A stretch of DNA of 64,000 nt from positions 1-64,000 of IMG/VR virus record IMGVR_UViG_3300025012_000043; one strand, 5' to 3'. A program made the translations under genes and the position numbers. This DNA comes from a virus. Shown piece by piece: positions 56,153 to 64,000 of the stretch. The notes under the pieces were generated by a model. The model was not told the origin of the DNA, ran no database searches, and saw nothing but the letters and a program-made list of their open reading frames with translations. Positions within the stretch are counted from its first letter, which is position 1, and each line of letters opens with the position of its first letter.

Positions 56153-56375
56153 TATTTTTACCCTCCTCGTGGGCTCCTGCCTTAGTTTTTGCCGTTGGTT
56201 TAATACTTAACAATGTTATTAACCTATCTAACTTTTCATTCGTACGTTGTAATTCTTTCATTTTTAAAACTTCTATCTGTATGCGGACTATCCCCATCTT
56301 AGCATTTTCCATATAAACTTCTGGTGAGTCAATGTCATCAATACTACTAACATCCCAAAGATTTTTAGCGCTCAT
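56145..56375 (-). CDS. Hypothetical protein
   Basis: AAGGAG RBS, operon packing. Confidence 0.55.
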   Translation of the reverse strand: MSAKNLWDVSSIDDIDSPEVYMENAKMGIVRIQIEVLKMKELQRTNEKLDRLITLLSIKPTAKTKAGAHEEGKNND

Positions 56376-56495
56376 TTATTCTCCTTTTTTAATAATGGGG
56401 TCTAATTTAATATTCACCTTATTCTTATTACGACTACGCTTATTGGATAAGCGTATATTGTACGGAGTCTTATATTTTGGATCGTCTTTAATCAT
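56376..56495 (-). CDS. Small basic 39-aa ORF (not in ORF track)
   Basis: MIKDDPKYKTPYNIRLSNKRSRNKNKVNIKLDPIIKKGE* fills the gap between nrdJ and the next gene. Confidence 0.4.
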   Translation of the reverse strand: MIKDDPKYKTPYNIRLSNKRSRNKNKVNIKLDPIIKKGE

Positions 56496-56496
56496 T

Positions 56497-59241
56497 TTAT
56501 TTGCAGCGACTCCATCCGCAAGCCGAGCACTCTATACACTTTGACATATGCACTACGGGATTTCCACACTCAGGACAAGCTTGTTTATATGTAATCGCTG
56601 AATCATGTTTATCCTTATTTTGAACCAATTTATTTTTATTCTCTTTTGCTCCTACATGAGTTTCTATCGCCACACATATGGCATCAGATAATGATGTAAT
56701 GGTACGCCCACCCTTATAGAAAGCCGTCTCCCCAGCGGAGATACCACGAAGTTGTTTCGTGATATATTTTGTAGACACACCACACCGCATAAGTAACGAT
56801 ACCAACCTACCAAGTGCTTCGGCTTCTGCTGCGATCGGTGACCCGGACCGCCCGGCCTTAATAATAACCTCACACAACCCAATATCATCTTCATTGACAG
56901 TGATTAGTGCGTCACCGAACCCAAAAGGTATCTCATATGTACGACCAGTTGGGGCCTCGATTCTAACTCTTGGCCCAAACCCACCATTCTGCTCAATTGG
57001 TTTGGCCTGTTGTCCGGAAGTCAAAACCTGCACACCCTTTGATCCATCACGATAAATAGTTACACCTTTACAACCAAGTTTATATGATAAACGATATGCC
57101 GCATCAATATCTTCTATTGTTGCGTCCTTCTTCATATTAATAGTCTTACTAATTGAATTACCAACATATTTCTGAAATGCTGCTTGCATACGTACGTGCC
57201 ACTCGGGAGCAATATCATGTGCAGTAACAAATATATACTTAATATCTTCTGGTATATTCATCTTCTGTACTGATCCATTGTGTTCATTAAATATGACATC
57301 AAATAGATCTGGGATATTTAAATTGCGTCTACGTATTTCCTCATCAAAATCGCCATGCAATTCACTCAATTTTTTATCGCCAAACGCCATACGATTATAT
57401 GCAACGGCGTATAAAGGTTCAATGCCTGATGATACACCAGCAATAAGAGCTATTGACCCAGTTGGGGCAATGGTAGTAACAATTGCATTTCTGCGGGCCT
57501 CACCAATCTTATCTAACTCCCAAGCTGGGAATATGCCTTTCTCTTTGCCTAATTCAATACTGGCTTCAATCGCACGAGTATTAATATACCCCATGATATG
57601 TTCTGCTTGCTCTAGCCCTTGCATTGAATTATATTGAATCCGCATCTTAATAAGTGCATCAGCAAAACCCATGACACCAAGACCAATCTTTCTGGTCTTC
57701 ATGATGGCATCTTTAATCTCTTGAAGAGGTTGTGGGCTAACATCAAGCACAGCATCCAAAAACCTAACAGCCAATGGTATTAACTTATTTAATTTTTCAT
57801 AATCCCACTCATAGATAACTACACCTTCTGAATCAACCTTTTTCTTTAGCATAGCAACAAGATTAATAGACCCCAATACACATGATTCAGAGGGATATAA
57901 TATTGTCTCACCACAATTTCGCCCAAACACACCACTAGAAACAACAAATTTACCATCTTTTTTGCTCGTTATTATCCCATAATTATGATTGTCATCCACA
58001 GTTATATTATATACATCATCATATCCATAGAATCCCACTGATTTTACTTTATGATTATAATATTGAACCGCCTCATCTAAGTTTTTATTATATTTATATT
58101 TATCTCTATGCCTATGTATATTGGCAACACTATTACTATTAAATGGCATTAAACTATCGCCTTCTTTTAACTCCTTAAGTTCTACCTTCTCACCATTACG
58201 CCTAATAAATTTGTGATCTGGTGTCGCAATAACCGTCGAATCGTCATCGAGTGTGAGCTTCCAAACTTCCTTCTTTTCTCCCGTAAGCCTAGGATTTTTG
58301 CCCCATTTGATCTCTACCTGTCCATTCTCCAAATTACGTGAATACACTGGCACATCATTACCCTCTTCAACTAATTGTCTAATACTAACCGCATTACGTC
58401 CATCAGCAACGGCAATTAGTGTATCTCCAACGACACATGGGTTTGATGCTCGCAAAATCCCAAGCGATGGCGTTGGATTGTCACGATTAACTCTATCAAT
58501 CCACAATACACCTGGGTCACCAATACGCCACGCCATCGACACAATCTTATCCCATACTTCTTTGGCATCTAATTCTCCGACTTTCTCTTTATTACCATAG
58601 ACAGGAAAATATAAATTATATTTCTTACCCTCGTCTCTTGCCTTCATAAATTCATCGGTAACAGCAACTGAAATATTCATATTCTGCGCAGCACCAGAAT
58701 GCTTCATATTAATAAATTCAAGAATGTCTGGATGATGGACAGATAAAATACCCATATTGGCTGATGGTCTAATACCACCTTGATCAACTACTGACATTGC
58801 ATCAGCATAAATTTTAATAAACTGAACAACACCACGAGTCTTATATCCGGTTGACTTAATAATAGTATCTCGTGGTCTAATATTAGACCAGTCCATCCCG
58901 ACACCACCACCAGCCTTTTGAATTAAGGCAGCCTTGCGATAAGTACTAAAAATATCATCTAATGAATCCTGGACATCCAACACAAAGCACGCTGGATAGG
59001 AACATCCATTCCCAGTACCAGCGTTTACTAATGTTGGGGTATTTGGTAAAAATTCTAGATTGGCCATCATGTTAGTATATGATTCAACCAATTCTTCTTT
59101 CTTCTTCTTGGGAAGCTCTTCACAACTGGCTATATCCTTAGCTACCCGTGAAAACAATTCCTCTGGCGTTTCATATGTAGACCCCTTTTTACGAAGGTAC
59201 CTTCTACGCAGTACCGTAAGAGCATTTTGGCTTAAGTGCAT
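56497..59241 (-). CDS. nrdJ: Class II (B12-dependent) ribonucleotide reductase with intein
   Basis: FLPNTPTL.NAG, ACFV, GGGVG, NP/CGE, C.LGSINL, R.IGLGVMG, TIAPTG, SSGIEP, GCKG.T.YRDG; C-terminal TSCPD-like domain and Zn ribbon; no nrdB in window. Confidence 0.93.
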   Translation of the reverse strand: MHLSQNALTVLRRRYLRKKGSTYETPEELFSRVAKDIASCEELPKKKKEELVESYTNMMANLEFLPNTPTLVNAGTGNGCSYPACFVLDVQDSLDDIFSTYRKAALIQKAGGGVGMDWSNIRPRDTIIKSTGYKTRGVVQFIKIYADAMSVVDQGGIRPSANMGILSVHHPDILEFINMKHSGAAQNMNISVAVTDEFMKARDEGKKYNLYFPVYGNKEKVGELDAKEVWDKIVSMAWRIGDPGVLWIDRVNRDNPTPSLGILRASNPCVVGDTLIAVADGRNAVSIRQLVEEGNDVPVYSRNLENGQVEIKWGKNPRLTGEKKEVWKLTLDDDSTVIATPDHKFIRRNGEKVELKELKEGDSLMPFNSNSVANIHRHRDKYKYNKNLDEAVQYYNHKVKSVGFYGYDDVYNITVDDNHNYGIITSKKDGKFVVSSGVFGRNCGETILYPSESCVLGSINLVAMLKKKVDSEGVVIYEWDYEKLNKLIPLAVRFLDAVLDVSPQPLQEIKDAIMKTRKIGLGVMGFADALIKMRIQYNSMQGLEQAEHIMGYINTRAIEASIELGKEKGIFPAWELDKIGEARRNAIVTTIAPTGSIALIAGVSSGIEPLYAVAYNRMAFGDKKLSELHGDFDEEIRRRNLNIPDLFDVIFNEHNGSVQKMNIPEDIKYIFVTAHDIAPEWHVRMQAAFQKYVGNSISKTINMKKDATIEDIDAAYRLSYKLGCKGVTIYRDGSKGVQVLTSGQQAKPIEQNGGFGPRVRIEAPTGRTYEIPFGFGDALITVNEDDIGLCEVIIKAGRSGSPIAAEAEALGRLVSLLMRCGVSTKYITKQLRGISAGETAFYKGGRTITSLSDAICVAIETHVGAKENKNKLVQNKDKHDSAITYKQACPECGNPVVHMSKCIECSACGWSRCK
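57916..58437 (-). mobile_element. 174-aa mini-intein in the RNR active-site NP|CGE
   Basis: Block A CVVGDT, block B ATPDHKF, block F DVYNITVDDNHNY, terminal GRN followed by +1 Cys; no LAGLIDADG domain. Confidence 0.92.
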
Positions 59242-59259
59242 CTATAGTCTCCCATCTTG

Positions 59260-59733
59260 TTATTCTGAAAATCCCGCTGTACTTCCGAAACCATTCTCAC
59301 CTCGTTCAGTCTTGGGCAATTCATCAACATATTCTATACGATATACAACCGATTGATGTAGCACTAACTGCGCCAGTCGGTCTCCCCTATTAACCACTAC
59401 ATCATATTTATTGGGATTCAATGCAAACACAAGCAAAGCGCCAGTAAAGCCCTCATCTATTGTCCCATCCATAATAAGTAACTTCTTTTTAGCAAATGTT
59501 GAACTACGAGGTCTGATTGATGCCCACGTTCCCCAGGGCAATTTTATACTAATTCCAGTTGGGATATTTATCATACCACCACTCGGGACAATAATTTTCT
59601 CTTCTTCAATACATACAACCAAGTCTAAACCTATATCACCTTCTCGGGCTGGCTTTAATACCGGGGGTATAAATGCCGCATTATCTAATACTTTTACCTG
59701 TAGCCTATTGCTCATTAAACTCTCCTCCTTCAC
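59260..59733 (-). CDS. dut: Trimeric dUTPase
   Basis: GDIGLDL, IPTGI, PRSS, GTIDEGFTG, GDRLAQL, TERGENGFGST. Confidence 0.93.
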   Translation of the reverse strand: MKEESLMSNRLQVKVLDNAAFIPPVLKPAREGDIGLDLVVCIEEEKIIVPSGGMINIPTGISIKLPWGTWASIRPRSSTFAKKKLLIMDGTIDEGFTGALLVFALNPNKYDVVVNRGDRLAQLVLHQSVVYRIEYVDELPKTERGENGFGSTAGFSE

Positions 59734-60217
59734 AAATATTCAATGACTCACCAAGCGTAAACTCCTCTGTGAGCTCTATAAAATTTTCAGCATTTATCTG
59801 CACAATCTTATTATTTAAAATATTCCCTAATTCTCTATAATTAGTAATCCATCTAGTATTAAATTGTTTGGCGACCCATTTCATATATACTGATATCTTT
59901 ACATCTGCGTCCGCGCACAAAATGACCGATTGATGTAATTTGTTTTTATTATCTATACACCACGAAACCTCTAACCACGTACCAACAGTTGGTATTCCAT
60001 TGATATAAACTACAACAATGTTGGCCCTTTCTAAGGCCAAACGATTAACATCAACTATATAATCTGGGTCCACATCACCCATTGGTATAAATGCCCTGCC
60101 TGGCATAAATAATGTAACATTTTGGTCCTTGTTAACTAAATTGTTAATTACATCATAATAAGCCAATTTATCGGTATTATTATCAACATTCCCCGCACAA
60201 TATACAGAGACTGACAT
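59705..60217 (-). CDS. Nucleoside 2-deoxyribosyltransferase / N-glycosidase-like protein
   Basis: VYCAG, F.P, N..AL..A.IVV, TVGTWLEV (catalytic Glu-like). Confidence 0.65.
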   Translation of the reverse strand: MSVSVYCAGNVDNNTDKLAYYDVINNLVNKDQNVTLFMPGRAFIPMGDVDPDYIVDVNRLALERANIVVVYINGIPTVGTWLEVSWCIDNKNKLHQSVILCADADVKISVYMKWVAKQFNTRWITNYRELGNILNNKIVQINAENFIELTEEFTLGESLNICEGGEFNEQ

Positions 60218-60769
60218 TTACTCCTCCATCATCCTAAGTAGTGTCATCACCCTATCAACCTCTGCCGAAGTATTCCCATTAATTAGTGACTCTAAAAACT
60301 TAATTTTATCGTGTCTAAGCATATTGAAACATATGTCTCTAATTTGTTGCATATTTGTTTCATCCTTAGTAATCCTCTTCATTATTACTTCAGCAGTATC
60401 ATAATCATCACGATTCCTTTTAATTAAGCGCCCAATCCGTTTAATCGCTGGCGCATCAATATAGACCACGCTCCATAAATATGCCTTGAGGTTCTTGCTA
60501 ATCCAGGTAACCTGTCCCTCTGTCCTAGGAACTCCATCAACCAATATAATTTCCCTATTCGTTCTATTAATGCGATCACTGATCCCTCCCATGATAGCAT
60601 CATCATTATAATAAAGATCACCATTAGCCAGATCCTTATGTGAATCAGCAAGACTTCTAACTATATCGCCAGATGAAATAAATTCTGCCCCAACTATGGC
60701 TGATACTTGTTTAGAAATGGTAGTCTTACCCGAACCAGCCGGACCGATTACCCAGAGAATTCGTCTCAT
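60218..60769 (-). CDS. Adenylate kinase-like NMP kinase
   Basis: GPAGSGKTT, ISSGDIVR, DGVPRT..Q, R.RDD. Confidence 0.85.
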   Translation of the reverse strand: MRRILWVIGPAGSGKTTISKQVSAIVGAEFISSGDIVRSLADSHKDLANGDLYYNDDAIMGGISDRINRTNREIILVDGVPRTEGQVTWISKNLKAYLWSVVYIDAPAIKRIGRLIKRNRDDYDTAEVIMKRITKDETNMQQIRDICFNMLRHDKIKFLESLINGNTSAEVDRVMTLLRMMEE

Positions 60770-60808
60770 TATATACCCCTAAAAATTTATACTATACCCT
60801 TTGTATCG

Positions 60809-63454
60809 TTACACATATGTTGGTATAATATTTGTGTCTATATTAATCTCCTTACCAAAATTTGCTGCCTCTCCAGCCCTAAGCGACCCAACATTAGGGT
60901 CTTTATCATAAAACACATCAATCATTATATCAGAAGGTCCCATTCTAACCTTGGCTATATTCATTGTAATATTGCCACGTTTTCCACCAAATCTACCAAT
61001 ATCATCTAATGATTTTTTAGTAAAAATAACGACCTTGGCCGCGTCTTGTGATAATTTGTACGCACCACCAACCCCCTCAACTGATCCAAACGCTTCTGAT
61101 TTATCTTTATTCTGTTGTGCAACGGTAACAATACACAACGGATCACGAGGATTCATTGCTCTATTTTGTAATAGTGAACTAGCAACATCTAATACTTCCC
61201 ATTTCTTCCCTACTTTATTATCTGATTTAATTAATTGAACATAATCAATAAACACATGTTTACATCCAAATTTTAATCTATGATATTCAATGATGCCCAT
61301 GATCTCTGAAATAGTAAAATTATTTGGCACTATAACATATCCAGGAGAAGAACGAAGCCGATTATATGAATCCATCATCTTTTGCCATTCTACTGACCCT
61401 TGAGGATACTTCCCAAGCCTAATCATCGTATTTGAAAGATCACAATCAATAGATATCATTCTTGTCCAAATGTCATCCCTAGACATTTCAGCAGAAATGA
61501 ACAATGATGGTTCCTGTGATATGGTGATGACATCATTAAACCAATTTACGGCGACAGATGTTTTACCAACACCAGTATGCGCGGCTACCATATGCACATA
61601 TCCTAATTCCAACCCAGACCAAGCTGTATTAAGTGTCGCCCATCTCTCAGATAATGGTGTACCAAGAATCGCCTTGCCGGATTTAGACCGCTCTATGTAA
61701 AGGTCTGAGAACCTATCAGCTAGATCTTGTGTTGATGATGTAACCATAGTATTTCTACGATCATTAATCTCAACTATTGAAGCACGATGTTCCTGCATGA
61801 TAACATCTACTGGTTTGTCTATATCCATAGACTCTGCCAATAATTTCGCCGCCACCTTGCTAGCACTACGTCGCATATGCAATTCTTTAATCTGTTGAAT
61901 ACAAAACTCAACATCTAAATTATGTTTCTGTAACGTTGCCCAATATTGTTGCAATGGTTTTTTAATGGTACTTAGTAAAATTTCTTCAGATATGGTGCTA
62001 TATTTCATCAAACATGAACACACAGTCTTATATAGATCTGAATTATTACGTACATAAAATTCGTGCTCAGCGATCTCGTGCCTGACAGTATAGGCAAATT
62101 CCTTATCTTCGACCATTAATTTAATAATAGTACTCTCGGCTTCCTTATTATGTATGTCCCTTGGATTTGACGAATATGTGATGAAATAATCAAGCGCATT
62201 ACAAATATTATACTTGATCTCTATATATTTAGATGCCATCTCACGATAAACCGTACTAAATTTATTAATATATTTACACACTACATCCAAGAATTTTATC
62301 TCTTCCGTTAATCCAGGTACCACACTATAAGCATTATCAATATAGAAATGGATGGGATGTACACTGGCATTAATATATTTACCAATCCCATCGGCCCCAA
62401 ATTCTTTCAATATCTCATCTGGATCTCCGCCCTGCAATACAACAAATGATACAAATATATTACCATATATAGTAAACTCATCAGCGATTTTTATCAACTC
62501 TCTCTTACCTGGCTCATCACCATCTGGTATTAATACTACTTCATTAACTTTATATTTAGACAACGCCCCAATTAAAACTGGTGATAGAAATTTAGACAGA
62601 CCACAAGTAGCTATTGTATTTTTAAGCCCGTGTGAATACATCTGTAATAAATCAATTTGTCCTTCTACCACGTTCAATTTATAATTATTATTTCTCAATT
62701 CCTTTCTAGCTAAATTAAGCCCATAAATCGAAGTCTCATCATACATCTGAGAACTTGATGATGACCCGACATATTTAACACTACCAGAAAATGGTCTTGT
62801 ATAAAATTGTGTGGCGTGTCCACTACTATTAAACACTGGGAATACTATGGCATTATCCCACATCATTGGATTACATAAATCAATGTCCTTCAAATCAGTG
62901 TATGGTATGGTAGTACCAAGTTTCCTAGTAATGGCTTCATGTAACCACTGGGTGGATACCGTATACCCTATCTTAAATGTTTTTAGGGTTTCAATATCAA
63001 TCTTACGTTCATTTACCATAAAAACAGATGAATCACCCAAATCCCCGAGAAGCGCTTCGTGGCATACTTCAACCACAGCATCATAAATTTTAGAGTGGAA
63101 GATGTGACGGGAGTCTTGCGAGGAATCGAGGAAGGGGGTTAGATCTATATTATATCGTTCAGCAAGTAACTGAGTGGCCTCAATTACTTCAACACCCTCA
63201 GCAAACTGTACGAAGTCAATCGCATTGCCGCCACGTTTACATCCGAAACAGTAAAAATAATGTTCACTTATTTCACCCGTAGTATTTACTTTGAACGATG
63301 GCACACTCTCCGAATGAAATGGGCAACAGAAGGCAGAATTAACACCCTGTACCTTACCATCTTCTCCAGTGTGCTGTTTGACCAACTCAATCAAACTTAC
63401 CTTATTTAGAACTAAACCTATAGCACCAGTCAGATTAGTTAAACGTAATCCCAT
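60809..63454 (-). CDS. DnaG primase - DnaB helicase fusion
   Basis: CHC2 finger CPFH.E..PSF...CFGC; TOPRIM VEG.ID and PDGDEPG; helicase AHTGVGKTS, SAEM, FIDYVQ, QDA, KVRMG. Confidence 0.93.
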   Translation of the reverse strand: MGLRLTNLTGAIGLVLNKVSLIELVKQHTGEDGKVQGVNSAFCCPFHSESVPSFKVNTTGEISEHYFYCFGCKRGGNAIDFVQFAEGVEVIEATQLLAERYNIDLTPFLDSSQDSRHIFHSKIYDAVVEVCHEALLGDLGDSSVFMVNERKIDIETLKTFKIGYTVSTQWLHEAITRKLGTTIPYTDLKDIDLCNPMMWDNAIVFPVFNSSGHATQFYTRPFSGSVKYVGSSSSSQMYDETSIYGLNLARKELRNNNYKLNVVEGQIDLLQMYSHGLKNTIATCGLSKFLSPVLIGALSKYKVNEVVLIPDGDEPGKRELIKIADEFTIYGNIFVSFVVLQGGDPDEILKEFGADGIGKYINASVHPIHFYIDNAYSVVPGLTEEIKFLDVVCKYINKFSTVYREMASKYIEIKYNICNALDYFITYSSNPRDIHNKEAESTIIKLMVEDKEFAYTVRHEIAEHEFYVRNNSDLYKTVCSCLMKYSTISEEILLSTIKKPLQQYWATLQKHNLDVEFCIQQIKELHMRRSASKVAAKLLAESMDIDKPVDVIMQEHRASIVEINDRRNTMVTSSTQDLADRFSDLYIERSKSGKAILGTPLSERWATLNTAWSGLELGYVHMVAAHTGVGKTSVAVNWFNDVITISQEPSLFISAEMSRDDIWTRMISIDCDLSNTMIRLGKYPQGSVEWQKMMDSYNRLRSSPGYVIVPNNFTISEIMGIIEYHRLKFGCKHVFIDYVQLIKSDNKVGKKWEVLDVASSLLQNRAMNPRDPLCIVTVAQQNKDKSEAFGSVEGVGGAYKLSQDAAKVVIFTKKSLDDIGRFGGKRGNITMNIAKVRMGPSDIMIDVFYDKDPNVGSLRAGEAANFGKEINIDTNIIPTYV

Positions 63455-63503
63455 CCAGATACCTCACTTAATAAGATAAATACTTATCGCTACAAAAATC
63501 AAT

Positions 63504-64000
63504 TTAACTACTCGTCCCATAATAAGGTACATCAACCTCGAACATTTTACCTAGTTGACACATATCACACTTCCATTCCCATGAAAGATGTTCCTCCACT
63601 GGAATCCAAGTATTCGTCCAATAAAACCCAGGTTCTAATAAACCAGACTTAGGGTCGTAATCTTTACCAGTAGGTAATACACGTTTGTGAGATTTGTCTT
63701 TGATTTTTAATACCTCCTCTTGGTTTGGAGGGGGGTTAGGAGGAAGTACTAAAAACGAATCTACTACTTTTGGATCTACTGCTATGGATCTACTAAAATC
63801 GGATCCGGATTGTTTTCCGGTTATTGGCCCGGATCGCTTTCCGGTGTCAGGCCCGGATCGCTTTCCGGTTCCGGAACCGGATCCTTTTCCGGAAGGTTGT
63901 TCTTGCTTAACGTCTTCATCAAATGTTTCTTTCCATAAAAACTTATATTCATTATTATAATGTTTTAATCTATTAATGCCACTAGGTGGGATAATTTTAA
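63504..64000 (-). CDS. Partial putative replication initiator (lambda O-like architecture)
   Basis: My translation: KIIPPSGINRLKHYNNEYKFLW...SGKGSGSGTGKRSGPDTGKRSGPITGKQSG...PPNPPP...GTSS*; open from the window edge; directly upstream of the primase-helicase. Confidence 0.55.
   Translation of the reverse strand, partial: KIIPPSGINRLKHYNNEYKFLWKETFDEDVKQEQPSGKGSGSGTGKRSGPDTGKRSGPITGKQSGSDFSRSIAVDPKVVDSFLVLPPNPPPNQEEVLKIKDKSHKRVLPTGKDYDPKSGLLEPGFYWTNTWIPVEEHLSWEWKCDMCQLGKMFEVDVPYYGTSS
63805..63893. repeat. Four iteron-like direct repeats, 24-bp period (putative origin)
   Basis: CCGGATTGTTTTCCGG (63805), CCGGATCGCTTTCCGG (63829, 63853), CCGGATCCTTTTCCGG (63877); each is CCGGA-N6-TCCGG. Confidence 0.8.

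Noticed and set aside
63805-63893. CRISPR mini-array
   Set aside because: 16-bp units with only 8-bp spacers, in frame within a coding region; fits iterons
1-64000. tRNA, rRNA, integrase or reverse-transcriptase/DGR elements
   Set aside because: None recognised; intergenic gaps are mostly too short and show no cloverleaf or TR/VR repeats by eye

Overview
This 64 kb window is an AT-rich, gene-dense segment of a large tailed dsDNA phage (or prophage) genome. Essentially every credible gene is on the minus strand and uses the standard genetic code. Reading in the direction of transcription (64000 -> 1), there are four blocks. (1) Replication, nucleotide and recombination module: partial initiator-like gene with internal iterons, primase-helicase fusion, NMP kinase, NDT-like protein, dUTPase, class II RNR with a mini-intein, glycosyltransferase, DnaE, an operon-embedded TnpB with an atypical RuvC-II, SbcD/SbcC, ThyX, and a Cys-rich sigma-region-4-like regulator. 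(2) Packaging module in which a sugar-tailoring cassette (LpxD-like acyltransferase, PIG-L deacetylase, GT2, methyltransferase) sits between the putative small and the large terminase genes. (3) Head module: portal, a giant 5783-aa protein carrying a MuF head-morphogenesis motif near its C-terminal end, protease/scaffold, DUF2190-like protein and major capsid protein. (4) A late block with a LicD/cytidylyltransferase pair, small membrane proteins, Lys/Gly-rich putative internal head proteins and a large glycosyltransferase/methyltransferase/radical-SAM cluster. The strongest candidates for new biology are the giant MuF protein, a recurrent [ILV]-x-E-[ASG] putative maturation motif that marks possible capsid cargo (including a polyprotein of cationic amphipathic peptides), an extensive virion/surface glyco-modification system, and the operon-embedded TnpB. 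All calls come from motif recognition by eye; no database searches were run.
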